64,000 bases of DNA, taken from the NCBI GenBank assembly GCA_014896485.1, contig JADBKH010000005.1, positions 7,500 to 71,499 of the forward strand. Reading direction: 5' to 3'. This document shows positions 48,431 through 57,232 of the stretch, in pieces. Positions within the stretch are counted from its first letter, which is position 1. Every line of letters starts with the position of its first letter. Below the pieces are notes generated by a model. The model saw only the letters and a list, made by a program, of their open reading frames with translations, was not told the DNA's origin and made no database searches. The position numbers and the translations under genes are program-made. This DNA is from Bacillota bacterium (GTDB lineage Bacteria > Bacillota > Bacilli > Bu12).

Positions 48431-50635
48431 TCATTTCTCCTTTCCGGCAGTCCAAAGGATTGCGATGGCCAGATAGATCCACATCGCCCCTGCAGCGGTC
48501 ACACCGGTATCGTTGATGAGAAATGCAACCACGCCAGCTGCCCCTGTCGCCCAAATGGCGGACTGCCACGGGCGAGGAAGCGGACGGCGATGATCCAAGC
48601 GACCGCGCCAAAGGGCTACCGCCCCGAGCAAAAGGGTGATGAGCGCCACCCAACGCCAACTGCTATAACCAAGTACATTCATATTGGCCGCCCACTTGCG
48701 GGCAATAATGTTGCCAATGTCAGAAAAATCGCCGCGGAACAAAAGGCCTACAGCACGGCCAATATGTGATGCAACTCCTGGCAGCAGCACAGAAATTCCA
48801 ACCAGCAACGCAACTCCCCCGAAAGCGCCGGCAAAAGTCCATGCCCAAGCACGCCAACGACGCTCTTTCAGGAGATAAAGGCTAAAAAAGAGTGCTGTTC
48901 CAAAAGCAGCGGTGATGGCGCCACCCGCATTGGTGCCCAAGGTCGGCCAAGCCAGGAGCAAAAGCACACCTAAAAGAGATCCTAGTGCAGCCATTTGCAC
49001 CCATCGTCTCGCTCCACCTAAGCTCACCCCAGCCCCGGCTGCCAGCAACGCACTGCCAATCAGTACCCCCATGTACTCGTTGCTGATCCCGTAGTTGCGT
49101 ACGCCCACAATCGGGTCGAAGGAGAGATAAGCATAATACATCGGCCAATCGCCAGCACAAACCGCAGCAGCGACGCCGAGCGCAACCGTTCCCAAAATCG
49201 CAAGGAGTCGACGCACGGGGTCCCGTACGGCAAAGGTCAGCACGGTCCATCCGGCCGTTTCCCCTACCAGCAGCAGTGCGTCGCTCCAAGCCGGCTGAGG
49301 TTCGGAAAGCGTCAAGGTAAGCATGGCCAACGGCACCACAGCCAGCGCTGTCCACAGGGGACGCAGCAGGCGTAAGAGCCCGCGTTGTCCCAGCAACAAC
49401 AGAACCGTACCAATCCCAAAAGCTATGATCAGGATCCACTCATAAGTCGCCAGTACACCACCACGGGTCTGGTAGGTCGTCACTGTCTTGTCAAAGACAG
49501 CGTGCAGGGTCTGCAGAGGATAGGTCACCTCCACGGCTGTTGCAGGTAGTCCGGACATCTGTGCAGGTTGCGACATCCCCAAAAAGTAAAGGATGGTCGG
49601 CGCAATGTCGACATTTTGCACAATTCCTGTACGCCGTGTCGTCGGGCTTGTCCACAATGTACCCGGTGGAATGTTCCCGCCTACTGCAATGACCGGTGCC
49701 AAGCGTTCCCCTTCTTGCCAAGCTTGCGTCGAGACGACAGGGGAGAGAATGATCAGCATCCGGTTGGGACCAAGCAACGGTAACAGTTGGCCGACAGTAG
49801 CATCCAAAGATGCTAAGAAATGTTGTTTTTGCTGTGCATACGCCTGAGGGCTCATCGCTGTAGCGGCACGATCGAGTCGTATGCCGTCGCCCGGATCGAT
49901 AACCGTGAGCGTCGCCTGCGGCAGAATCGCGCTCAATTGGCGGTGAATAGCGGCAGTATCCGCCTCAACGCCGAAAGCAGCCGTCGGTTGCGCCTGAAGC
50001 ACAGATGCTGAGACCGTTCCCCGGTCGACTGCCCCAGCTTCATCCATTCCTATCCAGGGACCATAGCGTTGCAACTGGTCAGGGCCGCTGTCCGCGTTGC
50101 CGATGACCGCTGTTGTCCCACCGTAGCGATGGATGGTCTCCCCCAACAATCCAACCACCGCTTTGGGAGGCAAAGACGCATTCTGCTGCGTTGCCTCACC
50201 TACACCAGCGACCAGAACATCGCCGGAAGGGGTGGAACGTCCATTCAAACGCCGGTAGAGTGTTGAACCGCTGCCAGCTCCGACAGGTGTCTGGGATACG
50301 AACTCATTACGATCCAGGGTCAATCCTGGCAACGCACCAGCAACCGCCTTCGCTCCCGCGCCGATCGTTGCGTAGGCATTGCCGTCACTGATGCCACCGC
50401 CTGTCGTGATGTTCATCAACCCCACCGCCCCATCCTCTTCCGCTTCATGCAGATGAGGCAAGGAGGAATCGATCAGATCAGAAAACGAAAGTCTGTCAGC
50501 TACCAATAGAATCACTTGTCGTTGCTGCTGCTGTGCATCAGCTGTCTCAGACGAGGGAAAGAGGGCCATCAGCAAAAGCGCAACGACCAAAGGAAAAGTT
50601 CGTGCTACTACATGAAGTCGACAATGACGCTTCAC
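48431..50635 (-). CDS. Membrane protein, paralog 1: N-terminal secreted alkaline-phosphatase-superfamily-like domain plus C-terminal about 10-TM domain (function unknown)
   Basis: Signal/anchor, then VILLVADRLSFSDL (Asp/Ser nucleophile-like start) and ...NVDIAPTILYFLG block, then polytopic C-terminus with YGISNEYMGVLIGS. Confidence 0.7.
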   Translation of the reverse strand: MKRHCRLHVVARTFPLVVALLLMALFPSSETADAQQQQRQVILLVADRLSFSDLIDSSLPHLHEAEEDGAVGLMNITTGGGISDGNAYATIGAGAKAVAGALPGLTLDRNEFVSQTPVGAGSGSTLYRRLNGRSTPSGDVLVAGVGEATQQNASLPPKAVVGLLGETIHRYGGTTAVIGNADSGPDQLQRYGPWIGMDEAGAVDRGTVSASVLQAQPTAAFGVEADTAAIHRQLSAILPQATLTVIDPGDGIRLDRAATAMSPQAYAQQKQHFLASLDATVGQLLPLLGPNRMLIILSPVVSTQAWQEGERLAPVIAVGGNIPPGTLWTSPTTRRTGIVQNVDIAPTILYFLGMSQPAQMSGLPATAVEVTYPLQTLHAVFDKTVTTYQTRGGVLATYEWILIIAFGIGTVLLLLGQRGLLRLLRPLWTALAVVPLAMLTLTLSEPQPAWSDALLLVGETAGWTVLTFAVRDPVRRLLAILGTVALGVAAAVCAGDWPMYYAYLSFDPIVGVRNYGISNEYMGVLIGSALLAAGAGVSLGGARRWVQMAALGSLLGVLLLLAWPTLGTNAGGAITAAFGTALFFSLYLLKERRWRAWAWTFAGAFGGVALLVGISVLLPGVASHIGRAVGLLFRGDFSDIGNIIARKWAANMNVLGYSSWRWVALITLLLGAVALWRGRLDHRRPLPRPWQSAIWATGAAGVVAFLINDTGVTAAGAMWIYLAIAILWTAGKEK

Positions 50636-50659
50636 GCTGCACTCATCCGTCTTCTCGTT

Positions 50660-52933
50660 TCACAGCGCCTCCACTTCGCCAGCAGGCTTCCACAAGGCAT
50701 GGATCCACATCCAAAGTTGGCGTCCAAAAAAGGGCAAGTTTGGTCTCGATAAGACCGCCACAAGCCAATACAGCAGGATGAACCCTGCAGCCGTGATGCC
50801 CGTATCGTTAAACAGAAGGGCGCCGATTGCACCGATGGTCATGCCCACCTCCATACTTTGGGACCAAGAGGCGTTTCCATGTCGGCGCAGGACGGGCCAC
50901 AAGACAGCTGCTGTCATCCCTGCCACAAAAAGTAGTACCAGCCATCCTAACCCTGCCGTGCCAACAGTAGCTAAATAGAGCCCTATCTTACTCCACACCA
51001 GGGTGATCACCGCTGCCCATTGGCCACCGGCCACTTCTTGTGAAGCGCGGGTCACATGGGTGGGTGCCGTCGCCCAGAAGGCACTCAACGTAACAAAAGC
51101 CAAGCCGATACAAAATGCGCCCAAAAGGCTTACCACTGTCCACAGGCTGTAGCGGCGCCATAACCCCCATGCAGCTGCTGCAAAAGCCACTGCTGCCGTC
51201 AGCGTCCCTCCGGCGTTGGCACCCAGTGTCGGCCAACCCAATAAAAAGGTCGTACCCGCCATCAGCAGCACGGCCATGTCCCTTTGCCATCGCTGGGGCA
51301 GAATTTCCAGTGAGGGAAGCGCCGCGAACACAAGCAGCAAGCTGCCGATCAGCACACCCATGTATTCGTTGCCGATACCGTAGTAACGACCTCCGGCGAT
51401 GGGATCATACGAGAGAATGGAACGATGCGCCAAGGGACCACCGAGCAATGCGTCGACAACAACCGGTAACCAGGTAAGGAGACCGAGGCCTAAAAGGGCC
51501 CAAGGTCGGGGGAATCGAGAAAGGACCCCTGCAAGGAGCACATCGACACCCAAAAAAAGCAGGAGTGTCTCAACGGCCCCAAAAGTTCCCGCCAAGGGAA
51601 GCAGGAAAAAGCTTGCCGGCGCTGCTCCTATCCCGAGCAAAACGGGCAGCACATACCGATGTCGTCGACGGCCCCAAACCACAAAGACAAATGCAAGTGC
51701 CAACAGCACAAAAAAGCCTACCAAGACGGCAGGCCGTTCGTTGTAGACGGTGATCATCTGATGATGAAATCGATCCAAAAAGGCCACTCCCGTCTTCCCA
51801 GAAGGGACCGTCGACGTTTCGATAGCATCCCCGGCAGCATGTAGCCCATTGAGCCCCAACAGATGGGCAAGCGTTGGCGCCAAATCGATCGAAGTCACCA
51901 GTCCAATGCGATGCGTCGTCGCACTCGTCAACAAGGTCCCTCCAGAAAAAGGCCCACCGACCGCAATCATCGGCGCCAACGGATCCGGCTGATTCGATAC
52001 GGCAGAAACTTGCGGAGAGAAAGCGATCAGAACCTGGCCTGGTCCAAGCTGCCTGCGGATTTGCTCGAACAGCGCATCCTCATGCGACAACGCTGCTCTT
52101 TTCAGTGCAGCACGCTGGGATTCTGCCAGGCCAGGCATATGTTCTGCTCGGAAGAGATCACCCGGATCGACGACAATCAGGGAAGCGTGTTTCATGGTCT
52201 TCCATGTGTCCATTACCGCCCGAGAATCGGACCAGACCCCGAAAGGCGCTGTAGGGTCCAATCGCAGCAATGCCGGTCCCGACGCACCGCCGTCAATCAA
52301 CCCCTGCGCGTCCATGGCCAAGATCCCCGCAAGCCTTTCCTGGGGAATCTCTCCAACAGGTAAGGCGGGCAAAATGGCCGCAGTCTGTCGACCCTGCTCA
52401 TGAAGCAGAGTCCCCAAGTTTTCGATCTGATGCCCTGCGAAAAGGGAAGGAGCTTGCAGAGAGAACAGTGCCCCAGGGAAGGGTGGAACCCCTCTTGTCC
52501 AAGTAAACATCGCCTCGGCAGGAACACCATCGACTTTTTCGCCGATCTGTGCAAAGGTCAGACTAGAGGTGAGGGAAAAGGGACGACCACTGCTGAGCGT
52601 AAGGTAGGTTTGTGCAGGATCGGTCTTTTCCGGTGGAATACGCAGCAAACCTGTTGCCCCAAAAGCAGCCGCCTCTGTCAATGCCGGCGGTGCCAGTGTC
52701 CGATAGTCCTTGTAAGAAAGGTCATCCAACACAAAAAGCGTCACCTGATGTACAGGTGGCTGTGCTGAAGAGGCTTTGACCGGCTGTCCCTCTGTGACAC
52801 CCAGCAGCAAAAATGCGAGCAGCATCCAGCCAACACATGCCGATCGCTTATGTAACTTTCGCTCCACCCGTTTCAGAGCATCCCCGCCTGCCCCCCTACC
52901 GTTTATTTGCTTACAGCTAGAGAACGTCTCCAT
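50660..52933 (-). CDS. Membrane protein, paralog 2 of the preceding gene
   Basis: Same architecture and conserved blocks (VTLFVLDDLSYKD, SIDLAPTLAHLLG, YGIGNEYMGVLIGS). The true start may be downstream of the track ATG (signal peptide MLLAFLLLGV). Confidence 0.7.
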   Translation of the reverse strand: METFSSCKQINGRGAGGDALKRVERKLHKRSACVGWMLLAFLLLGVTEGQPVKASSAQPPVHQVTLFVLDDLSYKDYRTLAPPALTEAAAFGATGLLRIPPEKTDPAQTYLTLSSGRPFSLTSSLTFAQIGEKVDGVPAEAMFTWTRGVPPFPGALFSLQAPSLFAGHQIENLGTLLHEQGRQTAAILPALPVGEIPQERLAGILAMDAQGLIDGGASGPALLRLDPTAPFGVWSDSRAVMDTWKTMKHASLIVVDPGDLFRAEHMPGLAESQRAALKRAALSHEDALFEQIRRQLGPGQVLIAFSPQVSAVSNQPDPLAPMIAVGGPFSGGTLLTSATTHRIGLVTSIDLAPTLAHLLGLNGLHAAGDAIETSTVPSGKTGVAFLDRFHHQMITVYNERPAVLVGFFVLLALAFVFVVWGRRRHRYVLPVLLGIGAAPASFFLLPLAGTFGAVETLLLFLGVDVLLAGVLSRFPRPWALLGLGLLTWLPVVVDALLGGPLAHRSILSYDPIAGGRYYGIGNEYMGVLIGSLLLVFAALPSLEILPQRWQRDMAVLLMAGTTFLLGWPTLGANAGGTLTAAVAFAAAAWGLWRRYSLWTVVSLLGAFCIGLAFVTLSAFWATAPTHVTRASQEVAGGQWAAVITLVWSKIGLYLATVGTAGLGWLVLLFVAGMTAAVLWPVLRRHGNASWSQSMEVGMTIGAIGALLFNDTGITAAGFILLYWLVAVLSRPNLPFFGRQLWMWIHALWKPAGEVEAL

Positions 52934-53030
52934 CTCTTACCATGCATATGGTAACAGTTCCTTCGCGTTGACGGCAACTCCTTTTGGAGGGGGAAGGCTT
53001 TCCCTTCAATGTGCGGTGCAAAAAAGATCT

Positions 53031-54230
53031 TTAGCTGGCGATGGAACGGACATCCGACAGCTGAGCAGGCTGTGCATGCGGCAGTGCAACGACAAAGCAA
53101 GCGCCGGCAGTATACGTCTCATCCAAGGCAATCGTTCCGCCGTGCTCCTCCGCGATCTGCTTGGCTACAGCCAACCCCATGCCTGTACCTGCTTCTTTGG
53201 TAGTATAGAAAGGCTCAAATAAGTGCACTTTTTGTATCTCTGTCAAACCAGGACCGGTGTCTGCGATGCGGATACGGTACCAGTCGTTGGCGATCTCGCC
53301 ATCGATGCGAATCTTCCCACCGTTCGGCATCGCCTCGACGGCATTGCGCAGCAAATTCAGAAAGATTTGACGGCCGCGCCGGGCGTTTCCGACCATTTCC
53401 AAGGGATCTTCGGGCAGCGCATAGATCAATGTAACGTTGTGCTGCCGTGCATACGTCTCAAAGAGGGTCAGCATGGAGCAGAGAATCTGTCGCAAGGAGA
53501 AGCGCTCTGTCGCAACCGGAAACGCCGTTCCCGAGCGAGACAATTGTAAGAAATCGTTGAGAATATCGAGTGCTGCATCCAATTCCTGGAGCATAAGATC
53601 ATAATACCGGCGCACTTCGACCGACTTGTTTGACTGTTCGGCCAGCATCTCCGTAAAACCGCGTACGGTCGTCAAGGGATTGCGGGCCTCATGGACCACG
53701 CCCGCAGCCAATTCGCTGACCGCAGAAAGTTGTTCTGCGCGGGCAAGCTGCTCCGCAAGACGATGCTCCAAAGTAACATCGCGAAACATGACCCACCAAC
53801 CGCGTTCGTCTTCTCCCGTATATACCGCACGCACTTCACACCACTGGGGACCCGAAGCAGTCGTCAGTGCAATCGTCTGAGTAAAAGAAGGGGTTGGAAA
53901 GGGCCAAACTGCCTGCAATGCATGCTGCAAATCCGGTTGTGATGCGGTCATCTCCAGCAGATGCTGTCCAAATAAAGCCTCCTGAGAGATACCAAAGAAT
54001 GCTGCTGCCCGTTCATTGCCAAAGGCGATACGACCGTCACTGCCACACAACAATAAAGGGGCAGAGATCAAACCAACCAACGCGCGCATCGTCGAACTCT
54101 CGCGTAGCGCTTCTCCTAGCTGATCCGATGTAGGGGAGACTTGGCGCGCAGTAATTTCGTTGTGTCGACCCTTTCCTTTCGGCCAAATACGTCGCCTGCC
54201 CCTTTCCTCTTCCGATTGCGTGCGTTTCAT
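53031..54230 (-). CDS. Soluble PAS-domain sensor histidine kinase (HisKA plus HATPase_c)
   Basis: PAS-like N-terminus, H-box VHEARNPLTTVRGF, N/G boxes (LLRNAVEAM, DTGPGL, GTGMGLAV). Start uncertain: GTG 54263, ATG 54254, or ATG 54230 with SD GGAAGGGGGAAG. Confidence 0.8.
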   Translation of the reverse strand: MKRTQSEEERGRRRIWPKGKGRHNEITARQVSPTSDQLGEALRESSTMRALVGLISAPLLLCGSDGRIAFGNERAAAFFGISQEALFGQHLLEMTASQPDLQHALQAVWPFPTPSFTQTIALTTASGPQWCEVRAVYTGEDERGWWVMFRDVTLEHRLAEQLARAEQLSAVSELAAGVVHEARNPLTTVRGFTEMLAEQSNKSVEVRRYYDLMLQELDAALDILNDFLQLSRSGTAFPVATERFSLRQILCSMLTLFETYARQHNVTLIYALPEDPLEMVGNARRGRQIFLNLLRNAVEAMPNGGKIRIDGEIANDWYRIRIADTGPGLTEIQKVHLFEPFYTTKEAGTGMGLAVAKQIAEEHGGTIALDETYTAGACFVVALPHAQPAQLSDVRSIAS

Positions 54231-54566
54231 TCGCTCCGCTTCCCCCTTCCTCATCGCACTCACTCGTGCGTAACGAAGCTCTCTACAAAGAATAAAGAAT
54301 GTAGATCATCCACTTCTCTTGTTGGCAACTTTGCACAGTATGCAAGCAAGATGTGTACAATTATGAAAACCATCTCTTTACCTGTCTCGTAGTTCCCTTT
54401 TACCATGCGTATTCTTAGCGTATCGCGCAAAGGAAGATAGGACAAGTCCTTTAAAGAAGCATTATCGAGAGAAAAGAGGCAGAAATTCCAAAATTTTGGG
54501 GAAGTAGGGTGCCATTCCAGGTGTGGACAACCTTTTTGCACAAGCTGGGGATACTGTGGATAGCGT

Positions 54567-55565
54567 TTATCCTGCCGATTCGATGGGCAGATCAGCTGCA
54601 GCAGTCAACGTTAGCGATGCCGAACAGCCACGCTGCCAGGCATCGAAGGTGGCCGCAGCGACCATCGCCCCATTGTCGGTACACAAGGCGGTGGGCGGAA
54701 AATGAAGGCGGAAACCATCCACCTGCGCAGCTTCTTCGAGGCGCTGGCGGAGCAGTCCATTTGCGGCAACATCACCACCGATGGCGACCAGCTGCTCGCC
54801 AGTTTGGGCGACAGCACGACGCGTCTTTTCAACCAGGACGTCGACAACTGCCGCTTGACATGCAGCGGCGACGTCGGCAGCAGGAGCACCGTGAACAAGA
54901 GCACGGAGGACAGCCGTCTTAAGACCGCTGAAAGAAAAATCAAATCCTGGCTCGTCTAAAAGTGCCCGTGGAAACGCAAATCGGCGGGGATCTCCTAAAG
55001 CCGCCAAACGCTCCAACTGCGGACCTCCTGGGTATGGAAGCTCCAAAGCGCGGGCGACTTTGTCCAACAGCTCTCCGGCGGCATCATCCCGGGTACTGCC
55101 CAACCGTTGATAGACACCATACGCTTTCCACAAAACCAGCTCTGTATGGCCGCCGGAGACAAGCAGGCAGAGCATGGGGGGATCCAGATCGCTTTCCAAG
55201 AGATTGGCAAACAGGTGGGCCCGCAAATGGTGGATTCCAAAAAGAGGGAGTCCCGCACCGAAGGCCAATCCCTTGGCCGTTTCGACGCCAACCATCAACG
55301 AACCGATCAGGCCAGGCCCAAAAGTAACACCGATCCCCGTCAGTTCCGAAAGGCCAACGCCCGCCTGACGCAGTGCCTCATCGACAACAGGCAACAGACG
55401 AGAGACGTGTTCACGGGCGGCCAATTCTGGGACGACCCCGCCATAACGCTCGTGCATCGGAACTTGCGAAAAGACCACATTGGAGCAAATCGATCGCCCC
55501 TCAGCGACAACGGCAGCCGCTGTCTCGTCACAAGAGGTCTCGATCCCCAAAAACAGGGGACTCAC
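54567..55565 (-). CDS. tsaD: tRNA N6-adenosine threonylcarbamoyltransferase
   Basis: LGIETSCDETAAAV N-terminus, HH metal-binding motif (GIHHLRAH), Kae1/Gcp family. Confidence 0.9.
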   Translation of the reverse strand: MSPLFLGIETSCDETAAAVVAEGRSICSNVVFSQVPMHERYGGVVPELAAREHVSRLLPVVDEALRQAGVGLSELTGIGVTFGPGLIGSLMVGVETAKGLAFGAGLPLFGIHHLRAHLFANLLESDLDPPMLCLLVSGGHTELVLWKAYGVYQRLGSTRDDAAGELLDKVARALELPYPGGPQLERLAALGDPRRFAFPRALLDEPGFDFSFSGLKTAVLRALVHGAPAADVAAACQAAVVDVLVEKTRRAVAQTGEQLVAIGGDVAANGLLRQRLEEAAQVDGFRLHFPPTALCTDNGAMVAAATFDAWQRGCSASLTLTAAADLPIESAG

Positions 55566-56044
55566 TGCTCACCCGCCTCACCCTGCTGTGTCCGATCCAG
55601 ATCGGCCCACATGATGTAGGCGTCTTCGTGATTGTCGGTGTAGTAGCCACGCCGCACACCTTTTACGGCAAAACCCAGTTTGCGGTAGAGATGTTGCGCA
55701 GAGGTATTGCTCACCCGCACCTCCAGGGTAATCCCCGAAAGGCCTGCCTGGCGCGCGATCGACATCATGCGCATCAACAACCGTTCGCCAATATGTTGGC
55801 GACGAAAATCCGGATGCACAGCGATATTGGTGACATGGGCTTCGTCCAGGATCAGCCACATGCCTCCATAGGCAGCGATCGTCGCATCGACCATCGCCAC
55901 CAGATAATAAGCGAAATAGTTGTTTGTCAATTCGTTGACGAAAGCGCCCCGTGACCATGGCGTGGTAAAGGACTCCCGCTCGATCTCCTGTACACAGTCC
56001 AAGTCTTCCAACTGCATCCGTCGAAAGGTCAATGTGTCGATCAT
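55562..56044 (-). CDS. rimI: Ribosomal-protein-alanine N-acetyltransferase (GNAT)
   Basis: GNAT acetyl-CoA motif (IAVHPDFRRQHIGERLL), position between tsaB and tsaD. ATGA overlap with the tsaB stop. Confidence 0.8.
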   Translation of the reverse strand: MIDTLTFRRMQLEDLDCVQEIERESFTTPWSRGAFVNELTNNYFAYYLVAMVDATIAAYGGMWLILDEAHVTNIAVHPDFRRQHIGERLLMRMMSIARQAGLSGITLEVRVSNTSAQHLYRKLGFAVKGVRRGYYTDNHEDAYIMWADLDRTQQGEAGEQ

Positions 56045-56745
56045 GGCAATACCTCCTTTCGACGCTGCTCTTGCAACGTCAATGCCTGAACAGCACGTAA
56101 GTATTTCGGTTGAAGCACATGAGGGGCTACCGAACGGCCACGCTGCCACGCAATCTCGGTCGCCAAAGCCAACGTTGCGCCACGCAAGACGGAAGGAGCA
56201 TTGTCAAAAGCCACGGTTTCCCCTACCGCTTGGACGACCATCGGATAAACCTGCTCTCGTTGCGGTGTAATGAGCCACACCGACGTCGTCTGGTTGGACA
56301 GCCATGCAGTCAGTTGGGAAGCAGGAAGAAAAGTATCCTCCTGCAACCGAATCACTTGACCTGCTGTACGCTGAAAAAGGGCAGCAAACAAGTTACCCCG
56401 GCGCGCATCGATGGCGCTTAGAAGCAAACCTTCCGCCTGCGAGGAGGCAGCCATTGCCCACAATGTCGAAAGGCCTACGGCCGGACAGCCCACAGCATAG
56501 GCCAGCCCTTGAGCAGCCGCGATCCCAATGCGGATCCCCGTATAGGAACCAGGCCCGTTAGTGACGCCGACGGCATCGAGCTGGGCAGGCACCAGGCCGC
56601 TGATCTCCAACAGGTGTGCAATCTGCCGCATCAACCGCTCGCTGTGCAGACGCCCGGAGAGGTTGGATTCTGCCAACAGCTGTCCATTTTCTGCGACACC
56701 GATTGCGAGTACATCCGTTGCCGTGGAAAAAGCGACTACGGCCAT
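56041..56745 (-). CDS. tsaB: tRNA threonylcarbamoyladenosine biosynthesis protein TsaB (inactive Kae1 paralog)
   Basis: YeaZ-like N-terminus VLAIGVAENGQLL..., operon context. Confidence 0.85.
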   Translation of the reverse strand: MAVVAFSTATDVLAIGVAENGQLLAESNLSGRLHSERLMRQIAHLLEISGLVPAQLDAVGVTNGPGSYTGIRIGIAAAQGLAYAVGCPAVGLSTLWAMAASSQAEGLLLSAIDARRGNLFAALFQRTAGQVIRLQEDTFLPASQLTAWLSNQTTSVWLITPQREQVYPMVVQAVGETVAFDNAPSVLRGATLALATEIAWQRGRSVAPHVLQPKYLRAVQALTLQEQRRKEVLP

Positions 56746-57197
56746 CGTTGAGCCACTTCAGTGAGCAATGCTGCACCCCTTGCCCCTCGTGCTGTCAAGT
56801 GAACCCATCGCTCATCGATCTTTTCCAACGGGGACAATTCCACCCACAACCCGTCCTCTGGCAACCAGGCAGCGACCTTGTCCGCCCATTCCAGAATGAC
56901 CGCTCCCTCTTGTAAATACTCCTCTACGGCGAGCCCTTCCACTTCCGAGGCATCGCGAAGACGATAGACATCAAGATGAAAAAGCGTAATACGGCCGGGA
57001 TAAACCCGCATTAGTGTAAAACTGGGGCTTTTCACCTCTGCCAGGCTCTGGGTACCGGCCGCGATGCCACGTGTCAATGTCGTCTTACCGGCTCCCAAAG
57101 GTCCGGTCAATGCGATCAAGTCGCCGACCCGTAGCACGCTTCCGATGATCTTTCCCAACCGCCCCGTTTCAGAGAGATTCCGCAAATAACCTTCCAT
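56736..57197 (-). CDS. tsaE: tRNA threonylcarbamoyladenosine biosynthesis ATPase TsaE
   Basis: P-loop LTGPLGAGKTTL. Start at the ATG 57197 or 57215. Confidence 0.85.
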   Translation of the reverse strand: MEGYLRNLSETGRLGKIIGSVLRVGDLIALTGPLGAGKTTLTRGIAAGTQSLAEVKSPSFTLMRVYPGRITLFHLDVYRLRDASEVEGLAVEEYLQEGAVILEWADKVAAWLPEDGLWVELSPLEKIDERWVHLTARGARGAALLTEVAQRWP

Positions 57198-57232
57198 CCT
57201 TGCTCGGCTCCGCATCTTAGAACAATATTGTA

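Noticed and set aside
54260-54541. 93-aa minus-strand ORF in the AT-rich spacer
   Set aside because: Lies wholly in low-GC non-coding-looking DNA between tsaD and the kinase; codon usage is unlike neighbouring genes; probably UTR or promoter.
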